From positions 1 to 32,801 of IMG/VR virus record IMGVR_UViG_3300048630_000023: a stretch of 32,801 nt of DNA; one strand, given 5' to 3'. The DNA comes from a virus (Duplodnaviria > Caudoviricetes). Position 1 is the first letter of the stretch, and each line of letters opens with the position of its first letter. The position numbers were made by a program, and so were the translations under genes. Below the pieces are notes generated by a model. It saw nothing but the letters and a program-made list of their open reading frames with translations, was not told the DNA's origin and did no database searches. Positions 1-10,333 of this stretch are shown in pieces.

Positions 1-64
1 ATAGTATATACTATATTAAATAATAATTCTAAAACTAAATTCTATAATTTAGTCAGGAGATAAC

Positions 65-3000
65 ATGGCAAGTAAGAACATATCCATCATAAATAAAAAA
101 AGTAGTGTGCCTGGTAAAATACCGGCATCTGCTGATTTAGAACTTGGTGAGTTAGCAATAAACATACACGATGGTGATGTTTATATAAAAAAATCAGACG
201 ATTCTGTAATTAAAGTTGGTGCTGGTGGTTTAGTCAATTGGACAGAAACTGACGGTCATATACTACCTAATACGAATGATACTTATGATATAGGTTCATC
301 TGCATTGAAGATACGCGACCTTTATATGTCTGGTAGCACAATACATTTGGGCACTCAAAGTATATCGGCGGATGCAGATGGTATTAAAATGCCATCTATT
401 AAAATTGGTACTGGTGGTAACGAAATAAGTTTAACTGCAAGTGCTAGCGGTAAATTAATTCAAACTGCAAAAGTTGGTGGGGTTACCCAAACACCTGTCA
501 CATATACCATAGATGGATTAGATGATACTGATATATCAAGTCTTGCTGCTGGAAATGTTTTATCATATGATGTCAGTTCTTCTAAATGGGTCAATTCTGT
601 TCCAATAGATGCGTATACCAAGACAGAAGTCGATAATTTAGATGCAGTAATAACTACCAACCTTGCGACAGAAGTAACCGATAGAACTGCTGCAGATTTA
701 TTGAAGGCTGATAAATCTGATACATATACTAAATCTCAAGTAGATACTAATATCTCCGCTATTGTAGATTCAGCACCAGAGACATTAAACACATTAAATG
801 AATTAGCAGCAGCATTGGGTGATGATGCAAACCATGTTACCACAATGACTGCATTGGTTGGCACTAAAGCTAATCAATCTACAACATATACCAAGACAGA
901 AGTAGATACTGAAATAAGTAATGTATCAGTTGATTTAAGTGCATATGACACTTCTGCACAAGTAGATACTAAATTATTAACCAAGTCAGATACTACACAT
1001 AGTCATGATGGTCATTATTATTTAAAGGGTCAAGTTGATACTAATATAACTACAGCAATAAGTAATATACCAGGATCATCCTCAGTTGAGATTTCAGAAA
1101 CCCCACCGGCGACTCCTAGTGATGGTGATTTGTGGGTAGATTCCACAACCATGCGAATGTATATCCATTATGTTGATAGTGACTCTGCTCAATGGGTAGA
1201 AGTTGTTTCCGGTTCTGGCGTTCAACCTGTTTCCGGTTCAGGTGGTGGAACATATACGGCTGGAGTTATTTGGGACAACCATGATTCTACTAGAACAGAA
1301 TATGATGAGTCGTTATCGGTTGTATCTGGTGCTACATTAGCATTAACACACGCTGATGATACGGAAGAACTGCGTTCGGTTTATATAGAGAAATATGTTC
1401 AACCAACGGATGAAACGTTTTTACCTGATTCTTGGACTAATATATTTACATCTGCTGGTGCAAGTGGATATACCGTAATTATAGATAAATATCATTCTGC
1501 TTGGTTAGGATCAGAGGGGTTAGGTGTCTTGATAGATACTCCCTTAACCAATTATCAAATGACCAATCATAGTGACCCAAATCACCCATTTGAATTTGTT
1601 TGGGATTATGACGGAACTTCAGAAGATGATGCCCACATCGTCATACACGCTGACGATCCATTGGGGTTTGTTGTCGGTGGGGATTTTATATTTGGTTCGG
1701 AGGGCAATAATACCGGAAGGACAACAAAGGAAACGAAGTTGTATGGGTCGATTGATGGCAGAGCGACTTGGGTATTGTTGGGCATTGTTCGTGAGGGAGT
1801 ACTTCCCGGCTCTATTCCAACAATAATTGATGAAACTTGGATAATGACTTATTCTGGTGATATTTCAATCCCATATCCCGACTTGAAAATAACTGGCACA
1901 TCATGGGTTCCGCTATATTGGGACTTGCGTGTAGATGTGCAATACGGAGCAGTTGATATACCAGCGTCACCGGCATACTGGCAACTAGAATCATTCGATG
2001 ATTGGGGTGTGCAGTTCACAGACTCTACGACTACAACTCTAATTAATAACACCGGCGCCAATGCAACTATAAGAGCAAGACTGACTAAACCTACAGCATT
2101 AGCATCTACATCAGGAACAACATCAGGTGGATTATCTGTATATCTAACACCACTCGATTTACCAACAACGGGTTCTACTGGTGACCAAGCATATGTTGAA
2201 TCTAATACATCACTCTACATATATGATGAAAATATAACAGGATGGTATCGTGTAGCATTGATTAATCAAACACCGACATTCACATCAACACCAGATGCGT
2301 CATATTCATTTGCCAAAGATGGAACACCCATAGTTGTTACACCGGTAGCAGTAGATCCTGAAGGAGCGTTAGTAACATATTCTGTTATAGGCGACACGGG
2401 AACTGTTGCAACAATGACATCAGTAGATAATGTGTATACATTCACCCCATCAACAGATACTGCAAATGCGGGTTCATTTAGTATGACATTCAGATCGACA
2501 GATGGAACAAATGTAGCTGATGCAATAAGTAATTTTAGTTTGAGTTTTGCGATAGAATATATTGTTTTTTCTCCAACAAGTCAGACAACATCTACTAATT
2601 TTTATAATGGGTTGAATCTATATATGTCTGATTTTATTAATGATGGGGATTCTGGTTCAATAGTAATTGCTGGCAATAAACCACAGAACTACGGACAAAT
2701 AACATTAGGACTCACTACTTTTAATTCGGTGGGTGATATACCATCATCTTGGGCGATTTCTGCAAATAATAATACTCTTAGTGGAAATGGTATTCAATGG
2801 TATGTCGAGTTTACCGATTACTCTGGGTATGGACCGGATTTATGGAGGGCATTTCATCCATATACATATGGTGTGTATTCAGCATTAAAGAGGTGTAGAT
2901 TTACATGGGTTCGTAATGGCGCTACATTAACTTTAACTTGTAATGATGTGGATGATGATCCAAACAACGCCATCAGTGCGGAATTAATTGCTAGAAGTAT

Positions 3001-3115
3001 TACTTTATCGTCTAGCACCACACCAATAAAATTAATAATATCAACAGTTCCGACTGATGAAGTTTATGGTTCATATGAGGTAATATCTATGTCACCTCCT
3101 GGTATTTTTAGTTAG
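65..3115 (+). CDS. Mosaic virion fibre / receptor-binding protein (1016 aa)
   Basis: AGGAG SD upstream. N-terminal KKSSVPGKIP..LELGELAINIHDG (Mtd-N-like fibre anchor motif), GHILPNTNDTYDIGS motif, YTKxEVD repeats, APETLNTLNELAAALGDD fibre motif, P..GDLWVDS...YIHY.D.DS.QWVE motif, S/T/G-rich beta-type C-terminus. Lies directly upstream of gp13. Confidence 0.75.
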   Translation: MASKNISIINKKSSVPGKIPASADLELGELAINIHDGDVYIKKSDDSVIKVGAGGLVNWTETDGHILPNTNDTYDIGSSALKIRDLYMSGSTIHLGTQSISADADGIKMPSIKIGTGGNEISLTASASGKLIQTAKVGGVTQTPVTYTIDGLDDTDISSLAAGNVLSYDVSSSKWVNSVPIDAYTKTEVDNLDAVITTNLATEVTDRTAADLLKADKSDTYTKSQVDTNISAIVDSAPETLNTLNELAAALGDDANHVTTMTALVGTKANQSTTYTKTEVDTEISNVSVDLSAYDTSAQVDTKLLTKSDTTHSHDGHYYLKGQVDTNITTAISNIPGSSSVEISETPPATPSDGDLWVDSTTMRMYIHYVDSDSAQWVEVVSGSGVQPVSGSGGGTYTAGVIWDNHDSTRTEYDESLSVVSGATLALTHADDTEELRSVYIEKYVQPTDETFLPDSWTNIFTSAGASGYTVIIDKYHSAWLGSEGLGVLIDTPLTNYQMTNHSDPNHPFEFVWDYDGTSEDDAHIVIHADDPLGFVVGGDFIFGSEGNNTGRTTKETKLYGSIDGRATWVLLGIVREGVLPGSIPTIIDETWIMTYSGDISIPYPDLKITGTSWVPLYWDLRVDVQYGAVDIPASPAYWQLESFDDWGVQFTDSTTTTLINNTGANATIRARLTKPTALASTSGTTSGGLSVYLTPLDLPTTGSTGDQAYVESNTSLYIYDENITGWYRVALINQTPTFTSTPDASYSFAKDGTPIVVTPVAVDPEGALVTYSVIGDTGTVATMTSVDNVYTFTPSTDTANAGSFSMTFRSTDGTNVADAISNFSLSFAIEYIVFSPTSQTTSTNFYNGLNLYMSDFINDGDSGSIVIAGNKPQNYGQITLGLTTFNSVGDIPSSWAISANNNTLSGNGIQWYVEFTDYSGYGPDLWRAFHPYTYGVYSALKRCRFTWVRNGATLTLTCNDVDDDPNNAISAELIARSITLSSSTTPIKLIISTVPTDEVYGSYEVISMSPPGIFS
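614..1042 (+). repeat. Dispersed YTK(T/S)(E/Q)VD peptide repeats in the fibre shaft
   Basis: TATACCAAGACAGAAGT is identical at 614-630 and 887-903; related units YTKSQVD, YDTSAQVD and YYLKGQVD occur nearby. Confidence 0.8.
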
Positions 3116-3129
3116 TGTTTAAGAATTAT

Positions 3130-3137
3130 TATAAATA
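3130..3137 (+). promoter_or_regulatory. T4-type late promoter TATAAATA upstream of gp13
   Basis: Exact gp55 consensus in the intergenic gap, 34 nt before the ATG. Confidence 0.8.
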
Positions 3138-3171
3138 TAGAATAAATGGAAAATAATAAAGGATTACTATA

Positions 3172-3915
3172 ATGCCCACATTATTAAATAGAGAAGATTT
3201 TAAGGAATATTGTTTACGTAAACTTGGGAAAGGTGTAATTACAATTAATGTATCTACCGATCAAATAGAAGATCGTGTGGATGATGCATTTGAATACTAT
3301 CGTGATTATCATTATGATGCCGTTGAGAAAGTTTTTATGAAACATATTTTAGTTGAAGACGACTTCACTAATAGATATATACCAATTAATGATACAATTA
3401 TAGGTGTTAAACGAGTTATACCATTAACACAATTGCATTCTAATAATATGTTTAGTATAGAATATCAAATGAGATTGAATGATGTTTATCATTTAAATCA
3501 ATTGGATTTAGTATCATATCAAATGGCACAATCACACATATCTATGATTAATGATTTATTACATACTACTAATAACATAGCTATTAGATATAATAGACAT
3601 TTAAATAAATTATCATTAGATATGGATTGGAATAAATTAGCTATAGGTGATATTATAATTATTGAAGTTATGAAAATCTTAAACCCTGATACTTATACAG
3701 ATGTATGGAATGATAGATGGCTGAAAGAATACGCAACTGCATTGATAAAACGACAATGGGGTGAAAATGTATCTAAATATGAAGGTGTTGAAATGGTAGG
3801 TGGTGTCATGTTAAGTGGTGCGAGATTAATTTCAGAATCCACAGAAATGATTAATAAATTACAAGAAGAAATGTCGTTAAAATACGAATTGCCTTGCGAT
3901 TTCATGGTTGGATAA
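3172..3915 (+). CDS. gp13: Neck protein gp13
   Basis: REDFKEYCLRKLG..I.INV..DQIEDRVDDA, DRWLKEYATALIKRQWG.N.SKY.G and C-terminal P.DFMVG motifs; synteny. Confidence 0.92.
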   Translation: MPTLLNREDFKEYCLRKLGKGVITINVSTDQIEDRVDDAFEYYRDYHYDAVEKVFMKHILVEDDFTNRYIPINDTIIGVKRVIPLTQLHSNNMFSIEYQMRLNDVYHLNQLDLVSYQMAQSHISMINDLLHTTNNIAIRYNRHLNKLSLDMDWNKLAIGDIIIIEVMKILNPDTYTDVWNDRWLKEYATALIKRQWGENVSKYEGVEMVGGVMLSGARLISESTEMINKLQEEMSLKYELPCDFMVG

Positions 3916-3918
3916 GAT

Positions 3919-4782
3919 ATGGCAGTTAATCCTATATTTAATCAAGTAGATATTGTCCATGAACAGAATTTAGTATCTGATGTAGTTGCAGAAGTTATTC
4001 AAATACATGGTGCGAATTTTTATTATATAAAAAGAGATAGTGTGAATGAAGATACTATTTTTAATGAACGTACATTAGTTGAATTTCGTGATTCATTTTT
4101 AATTGAGATGTATATAGAAACTGCAAATGGTTGGGCGGGTGAAGGTGATTTTTTGTCTAAATTTGGTTTAGAAATCAAAGATCAATTAATAACACATGTA
4201 TCTATTGAAAGATTTCAAGATGAAACTGGAATGGATCAACCATTACCTGGAGATTTATTATATTTCCCATTAGCTGATAAAATGTTTTCAATAACATTTA
4301 TTGAAGATGATGTTCCATTTTTTCAATTAGGAAAACAATATATATATAAAATAACTACAGAATTATTTGATTTTTCACATGAAGTTGTTGATACCGGATT
4401 AGACTTTATTGATGATAATGTTAATGTTAATCTCAATATAGTAACAGTTGATTTTACATTAGGTTCTGGTTCTGGTGATTTTATTATAGATGAAATAGTA
4501 TATCAAGGTGTTGATTTTGATACATTAACAGCATCGGGTAAGGTTATATCATGGAATAATGGTACTAAGGTATTGAAATTAGAAGATTTAAATGGTAATT
4601 TTATTCAAAATAATAACGTGAAAGGTGATACTTCTGGTTCTATATATATGTTAGGTGCAACACATGAATATATATTCAATGAAACAAGCGTGACAGCTGA
4701 TAATGACAATTTTAGTGTTGATGGTAAAGCTGATGAAGTTATAGATTTTTCAGTAAAAAATCCATTTAGTGAGACTTATTAA
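3919..4782 (+). CDS. gp14: Neck protein gp14
   Basis: EMY....GW.GEGDFLSKFGLEIKD, P.PGDLLYFP, PFFQLGK.Y.Y, C-terminal DFS.KNPF; follows gp13. Confidence 0.92.
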   Translation: MAVNPIFNQVDIVHEQNLVSDVVAEVIQIHGANFYYIKRDSVNEDTIFNERTLVEFRDSFLIEMYIETANGWAGEGDFLSKFGLEIKDQLITHVSIERFQDETGMDQPLPGDLLYFPLADKMFSITFIEDDVPFFQLGKQYIYKITTELFDFSHEVVDTGLDFIDDNVNVNLNIVTVDFTLGSGSGDFIIDEIVYQGVDFDTLTASGKVISWNNGTKVLKLEDLNGNFIQNNNVKGDTSGSIYMLGATHEYIFNETSVTADNDNFSVDGKADEVIDFSVKNPFSETY

Positions 4783-4793
4783 TAGGATATAAT

Positions 4794-5522
4794 ATGTTAG
4801 GTAATGATGAACAATATAATAGTATAATACGAAATTATGTAATTGCATTTGGTTCTATTTTTAATGATATAATAATAGTAAGACGTAATTCTGATAATAC
4901 TATACAAAAAAGTATTAAAGTGCCGTTGGCATATGGTCCTAGTGAGAAATTTTTGGCATTAATTCATGGTAATGATAAAACTATAGAATTACCTAGAATT
5001 GCATTTGAAATAACTACGTTACAATATGATTCAGAACGTAAATTATCTAAACTCGGTGGACATAACCATAGTATAACATCTACATCAAAGAAATTTGTAT
5101 ATAATCCAGTTCCATATGATATTGAATTTGATTTATTTATAATGGTAAAGAATGCAGATGACGGTACACAAATATTAGAACAAATATTACCATATTTCAC
5201 TCCATCATTTTCTATACCTATAAAGGAATTATCTAGTAATTCTTTACTTAGAAATACTCCATTGGTATTAAATATGGTATCATTAGAAGATGATTATGAT
5301 GGTGATTTCTTTACGAAAAGGTCAATTACTTGGACTATATCTTTTACGATGAAAGGTTTTTTATATGGTAATGATAAAGAAATTCCAATTGTACGAGAAA
5401 TCACTTCAACTGTATCCGGTTCTGATAATAGTGCGGCATCAATTTCTACTACCACACCTGATCCTATAACAGCTACCCCCGTTGATGATTATGGGTTTTC
5501 AACTGATATTACTAATACTTGA
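4794..5522 (+). CDS. gp15: Tail sheath stabilizer / tail terminator gp15
   Basis: IAFGSIFNDI, KVPLAYGP.EKFL, LPRIAFE, PVPY, QILEQILPYF.P, DDYDGDF motifs. Confidence 0.92.
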   Translation: MLGNDEQYNSIIRNYVIAFGSIFNDIIIVRRNSDNTIQKSIKVPLAYGPSEKFLALIHGNDKTIELPRIAFEITTLQYDSERKLSKLGGHNHSITSTSKKFVYNPVPYDIEFDLFIMVKNADDGTQILEQILPYFTPSFSIPIKELSSNSLLRNTPLVLNMVSLEDDYDGDFFTKRSITWTISFTMKGFLYGNDKEIPIVREITSTVSGSDNSAASISTTTPDPITATPVDDYGFSTDITNT

Positions 5523-5524
5523 TT

Positions 5525-5950
5525 ATGAATAATATAGATGAGAAATTAAATAAAGTTCTTGATATTGAAATATTACCACAATCTGATAATAATGAAATTA
5601 GTATAATAGAAACTTTGCCAGATATAGATGAAGGTAGAGACATACAGATAAAGAATGATTATAATCATGCTAGAAATACATTACATAATCTTATACGAAA
5701 TGGTGAAGATTCAATTTCATCAATACTTTCTTTAGCTAAAGAAAGTGAACATCCACGTGCATTTGAGGTAGTATCACAATTGTTGAAAACTACAGGTGAG
5801 TTGACAAAAGAACTTGTGATATTACAAAAAAATATGGACAAACTTGATATTAAAGATTCTACTAGAAAAAATGTTGTTAATAATAATGTTTTTGTTGGTA
5901 ATACAAAGGATTTTTTGAAGATGATGAAAGACAATGACAGAGATATATAA
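5525..5950 (+). CDS. gp16: Terminase small subunit gp16
   Basis: DY..AR..L, ESEHPRAFEV and NNNVFVG.T..F.K motifs. ATG at 5525 preferred over TTG at 5519. Confidence 0.92.
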   Translation: MNNIDEKLNKVLDIEILPQSDNNEISIIETLPDIDEGRDIQIKNDYNHARNTLHNLIRNGEDSISSILSLAKESEHPRAFEVVSQLLKTTGELTKELVILQKNMDKLDIKDSTRKNVVNNNVFVGNTKDFLKMMKDNDRDI

Positions 5951-7544
5951 TAAAAATCCGAGATTAAAATCACCAGAAGTTGAGATACAATGGACTGAAG
6001 AAACGGTAAGAGAATACAAATTATGTATGGACGACCCTATCTATTTTATAAAAACTTATGTTCAAATAATTAACTTAGATGAAGGATTAATACCATTTGA
6101 GTTATATGATTTTCAAGAACAAATGATTCATACTTTTAGTGAATCTAGATTCACTATATGTAAAATGGCAAGACAATCTGGTAAATCTATTACATGTATT
6201 AGTTTCTTTTTACATCAGGTATTATTCAATAACGATATATCTATTGCTATTTTGGCAAATAAATTATCCACCGCAAGAGAATTATTAGGAAGATTACAAA
6301 GAAGTTATGAGAATTTGCCATTTTGGTTACAACAAGGTGTTGTTGTTTGGAATAGAACTAATATAGAATTAGAAAATGGGTGTAAAATTCTAGCCTCTGC
6401 AACATCTTCTAGTGCTGTACGTGGTAGTTCCTTTAATATACTTTTTTTAGATGAGTTTGCATTTGTTCCTAATGAAATGGCGGAAGATTTTTTTCGTTCA
6501 GTATATCCTACTATATCATCAGGTAAATCCACTAAAGTAATCATAGTATCTACACCATATGGTATGAATCATTTTTATAAATTATGGAATGATTCAATAC
6601 ATAAAAGAAATTCTTATGAAAATATAGAAGTTCATTGGTCTGAACTTCCAGGCAGAGATGCGGAATGGAAACAGACAACTATAAATAATACTTCAGAATT
6701 ACAATTTCAACAAGAGTTTGAGTGTGATTTTTTAGGTAGTTCTAATACTTTAATTACGGGTAGTAAGTTAAAGTCATTATCATATATGAACCCGATAAAA
6801 GTAAAATATGATGGAACATTATTTATTTATCATGATCCTATAATTAATCATATATACTGGTTAACTGTTGATGTGTCACGTGCAAGAGGGAGTGATTATT
6901 CTGCATTTTCTGTGTTGGACGTTACGGAATTACCATATGTTCAAGTTGCAACATATAGGTCTAATGAAATTCCACCATTAGTATATCCAAATATTATTAA
7001 ATTAGTTGCAGATTTATATAATGAATCTTATATATTGGTTGAAATAAACGATATAGGGGCACAAGTTTCTGATATATTACATTCAGAATTGGAGTATCCT
7101 AATATGATATACACTAAAACTGATCCACGAAAAGGACAATTTATATCAAATGAAACAGGAAAGAATATCAATATAGGAGTTAGAACAACAAAAGCTACAA
7201 AAAAAACTGGTTGTTTTAACTTAAAATCATTAATAGAAGAAGATAAATTAATAGTAAATGATTTTAACACTATTGATGAATTATCATCATTTATATCTAA
7301 AGGATTAAAATTTGAAGCAGATAGTGGTAGAAATGATGATTTGGTAGATACTTTGGTGATGTTTGCATGGGCAACTACTGATAATTATTTTAAGGATTTA
7401 TCTGATATTAACATTAGAGAAGAATTATATAAAGAAAGAGTACGATATATGGAAGAACAAATACTTCCATTTGGGTTTATAAATAATAAGGAAGAAAAAG
7501 AAATAACAGTTGATTCAATTGGGGATGTTTGGGAATCCATATAG
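5934..7544 (+). CDS. gp17: Terminase large subunit gp17
   Basis: LYDFQ adenine-binding motif, Walker A ARQSGKS, Walker B LFLDEFAF, coupling motif STPYG, nuclease VDVS..DYS and DDLV. Confidence 0.97.
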   Translation: MTEIYNKNPRLKSPEVEIQWTEETVREYKLCMDDPIYFIKTYVQIINLDEGLIPFELYDFQEQMIHTFSESRFTICKMARQSGKSITCISFFLHQVLFNNDISIAILANKLSTARELLGRLQRSYENLPFWLQQGVVVWNRTNIELENGCKILASATSSSAVRGSSFNILFLDEFAFVPNEMAEDFFRSVYPTISSGKSTKVIIVSTPYGMNHFYKLWNDSIHKRNSYENIEVHWSELPGRDAEWKQTTINNTSELQFQQEFECDFLGSSNTLITGSKLKSLSYMNPIKVKYDGTLFIYHDPIINHIYWLTVDVSRARGSDYSAFSVLDVTELPYVQVATYRSNEIPPLVYPNIIKLVADLYNESYILVEINDIGAQVSDILHSELEYPNMIYTKTDPRKGQFISNETGKNINIGVRTTKATKKTGCFNLKSLIEEDKLIVNDFNTIDELSSFISKGLKFEADSGRNDDLVDTLVMFAWATTDNYFKDLSDINIREELYKERVRYMEEQILPFGFINNKEEKEITVDSIGDVWESI

Positions 7545-7564
7545 GGTGACTGAATGTGGAATAT

Positions 7565-7572
7565 TATAAATA
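7565..7572 (+). promoter_or_regulatory. Late promoter TATAAATA upstream of gp18
   Basis: Exact consensus in the gp17-gp18 gap; a second copy lies at 7478-7485 inside the end of gp17. Confidence 0.8.
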
Positions 7573-7626
7573 TTATTATCGTATATAAAATAAAACAATA
7601 TTCCATTAACATATAAGGAGATCGAA

Positions 7627-10332
7627 ATGGCTTTTCAAATTAGTCCAGGAGTAAATGTATCGGAAATCGATTTAACAGACTCAGTACCACAAACCGCAAC
7701 AACATCTGGTGGTTTAGTTGGTATATTTTCATGGGGACCGTTGGGGTTATCTGACAGTGTAACTACAGTATCAACAGTTACAGAATTAAAAGATACTTTT
7801 GGTAAACCAACAAATGACAGTTTTATGTCGTTTTTTACTGCTAAAAATTACCTAAGTTACTCACGTGATTTAAAAATATCACGTTTATATAATGAAGATT
7901 CAACAACAAATGCAGTAGATTCTGTACCATCTCCAACTGCTGAAACTATTCATAAATTTATAAGTTTTTCCAATACCGATTCCAACGGTGTAATACAATC
8001 AAACAATAATTATGTGAATGATGGTGTGTCACTTTTACCTTCTAGTTGGTCTGGTACTTTTGGTTCGGAGTTTACAAGTTCTCCATATAGTATGGGATCG
8101 TTTTATGTTGGTAGTACTCATGCAATTGGTGTAGAGTATGATGGATCCGGTGCGGCTTTAGCATCAAATGGTACTACATTATCTGAAAATAATGTATTAG
8201 TTGGAGTACCTATTGATTGGACAGGAAATTATACTCATGTATTAGGACAACCATCAGTATTTGAAACTCTTAATGATTCAATAACGGTAAAACTTTTAAC
8301 GGCATATAATTATGCCACAGGGGTGTCTCCATTATCTGGTGATACTTTTAACCCTTGGAGTATTGATATATTAAATGATGATGCAAGACTTAGTTTTGCA
8401 GATTTTCCAGATCTTAGAAAAAATCCAGTTGGTGATGTAACTAGTACGTGGGTTGCTACTGTATCTGGTATTTTAGATGTGCCTACTGATCTTACTACTA
8501 TCGTATTTGGTCCATCATTTGGTTTAAAAGCAGTCACTGGTGGAACTATATCGGTGACTTCATCTGGTGCAACCCCTGCAGTATTAACAGTTACTGTCAC
8601 AATAGATTCGTCAGGTGTTAGTAGTATAGTGGTTACTAGTATGACAGTTGGTGCTAATTTAGATTTAACTGCACTTACATATGATTATAGTGTATTATTA
8701 CCCGAAGCATCTTTTACTGCGGTAACTGGTATTGAAGTCGTTGTACCACAACGTGATACCTTCAACTTACCTACATCTGTAAGAATTACCGGTGGTTCTA
8801 TTAAATTATTTTCAGGGGGTTCTGAATTAAGTTCAGTATCACAATATGGTATTTTACCAGATAGCACTACAAATGAACGTATATATATTACTGATCCATT
8901 ATATGACGGTGTTGTTTTACGTGAATTTGTATTGGAAAGTATAGGTGCAATATATAATGTTAGAACTGCAAATGGAATTTTAGTTTTAAATAAAGATACG
9001 GTTGATAACTATACTGGTGATTCTATTTTTGCTGCCAGATATGCAGGTAAAAGTGGCAATAATATCAGAGTTTATCTAATTGATATAGACACTATAGAAC
9101 ATTCACAATGGTCAGATAAGTTAGATATGATATTTGATGAGTCTAATGACTTAGCAGTTGTGATAACACGGACAGATGATTTTGGCAACAATGAAGTCAC
9201 TGAGGTTTTTATTAATCTTATTAAAGGAACAGGTACCTCAAATTGGATTAATACCATTAATGCACAATCAGAGTTAATATGGGTACTAGGTGTACCAAAC
9301 TCTTATAGGGAAAGTTTAGGACAAAGAAACGTTTGGAATAGTAGTCTTGTTGGTGATATTCGTGTTTATGTAAACCTCTTGTCAAGTGGGGATCATGAAT
9401 ATATATTAGCGGATGGGAATGACGGTGAATTAGTCGCCGGTGATTGGATACGTGCAATATTACCATTTAAGAATAAAGAAGTATCTGATATATCTTTATT
9501 GTTTGGTGCTGGTGACGGTTTAAATGTAACTGAATATAAGGTGTTTTTGTCAAATTTAGTAGATGCTGCGTATTCGAGAAAAGATATTGTGGCACTTTTA
9601 TCCCCACATATATTAATGTCAACCAATGTTGATGACGTTATTACGTTTTTTGATTCTGTTAGACTTACATTGACTGATCATGTTATGCAGACTTATGCAT
9701 TTGCCGATTCTAACTTTAAATATCAATATGACGTATTTAATGACACTTATCGCTGGTTGCCATTATGTGGTGATATAGCGGGTGTGATGTCTAGAACTGA
9801 TGAGGACAGAGATCCATGGTTCTCTCCTGCAGGGTTTGATCGTGGTGGTATTAAAAATGTTACTAAATTACGTTTTGCGCAAAATAGAACAGACCGTGAT
9901 ATGTTGTATAAGAAGTCAATAAATCCTGTATGTACTTTCCCAGGACAAGGTACTATATTGTACGGTGATAAGACATTCACTAGAAAATCTACATCCTTTG
10001 ATAGAATTAATGTTCGTAGATTATTTATAGTTTTAGAGAAATTAATAGAGTCGGCTTCAAATCAAACACTATTTGAGTTTAATGATGATTTCACTAGATC
10101 TCAGTTTGTATCTATGGTAGAACCATTCTTACGTGATGTTAAAGGACGACGTGGAATATATGATTTTAAAGTTGTATGTGATACTACTAATAATACATCA
10201 ACAGTTATTGATTCTAATAGATTTGTTGGTGATATATACATAAAACCAACTCGTTCAATTAACTTTATTCAATTAAATTTTGTTGCAGTTGCTACCGGTG
10301 TTGAGTTTAATGAAGTCGTTGGTAAATTCTAA
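7627..10332 (+). CDS. gp18: Tail sheath protein gp18 with large internal insertion (901 aa)
   Basis: MAFQISPGVNVSEIDLT, F.WGP, FGKP, PWFSPAGFDRG, LYGDKT, FDRINVRRLF, FEFND.FTR, IYIKP.RSINFIQLNFVA; AAGGAG SD. Confidence 0.96.
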   Translation: MAFQISPGVNVSEIDLTDSVPQTATTSGGLVGIFSWGPLGLSDSVTTVSTVTELKDTFGKPTNDSFMSFFTAKNYLSYSRDLKISRLYNEDSTTNAVDSVPSPTAETIHKFISFSNTDSNGVIQSNNNYVNDGVSLLPSSWSGTFGSEFTSSPYSMGSFYVGSTHAIGVEYDGSGAALASNGTTLSENNVLVGVPIDWTGNYTHVLGQPSVFETLNDSITVKLLTAYNYATGVSPLSGDTFNPWSIDILNDDARLSFADFPDLRKNPVGDVTSTWVATVSGILDVPTDLTTIVFGPSFGLKAVTGGTISVTSSGATPAVLTVTVTIDSSGVSSIVVTSMTVGANLDLTALTYDYSVLLPEASFTAVTGIEVVVPQRDTFNLPTSVRITGGSIKLFSGGSELSSVSQYGILPDSTTNERIYITDPLYDGVVLREFVLESIGAIYNVRTANGILVLNKDTVDNYTGDSIFAARYAGKSGNNIRVYLIDIDTIEHSQWSDKLDMIFDESNDLAVVITRTDDFGNNEVTEVFINLIKGTGTSNWINTINAQSELIWVLGVPNSYRESLGQRNVWNSSLVGDIRVYVNLLSSGDHEYILADGNDGELVAGDWIRAILPFKNKEVSDISLLFGAGDGLNVTEYKVFLSNLVDAAYSRKDIVALLSPHILMSTNVDDVITFFDSVRLTLTDHVMQTYAFADSNFKYQYDVFNDTYRWLPLCGDIAGVMSRTDEDRDPWFSPAGFDRGGIKNVTKLRFAQNRTDRDMLYKKSINPVCTFPGQGTILYGDKTFTRKSTSFDRINVRRLFIVLEKLIESASNQTLFEFNDDFTRSQFVSMVEPFLRDVKGRRGIYDFKVVCDTTNNTSTVIDSNRFVGDIYIKPTRSINFIQLNFVAVATGVEFNEVVGKF

Positions 10333-10333
10333 A

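Noticed and set aside
1-22. 14-bp palindrome ATAGTATATACTAT and ATTAAATA late-promoter variant
   Set aside because: At the window edge, almost purely AT and an imperfect match; cannot be told from chance, though a late promoter here is plausible.
2550-3115. Fibre C-terminus as a diversity-generating retroelement target (Mtd-N-like N-terminus)
   Set aside because: No template repeat, adenine-specific variant copy or reverse transcriptase is visible in the window.
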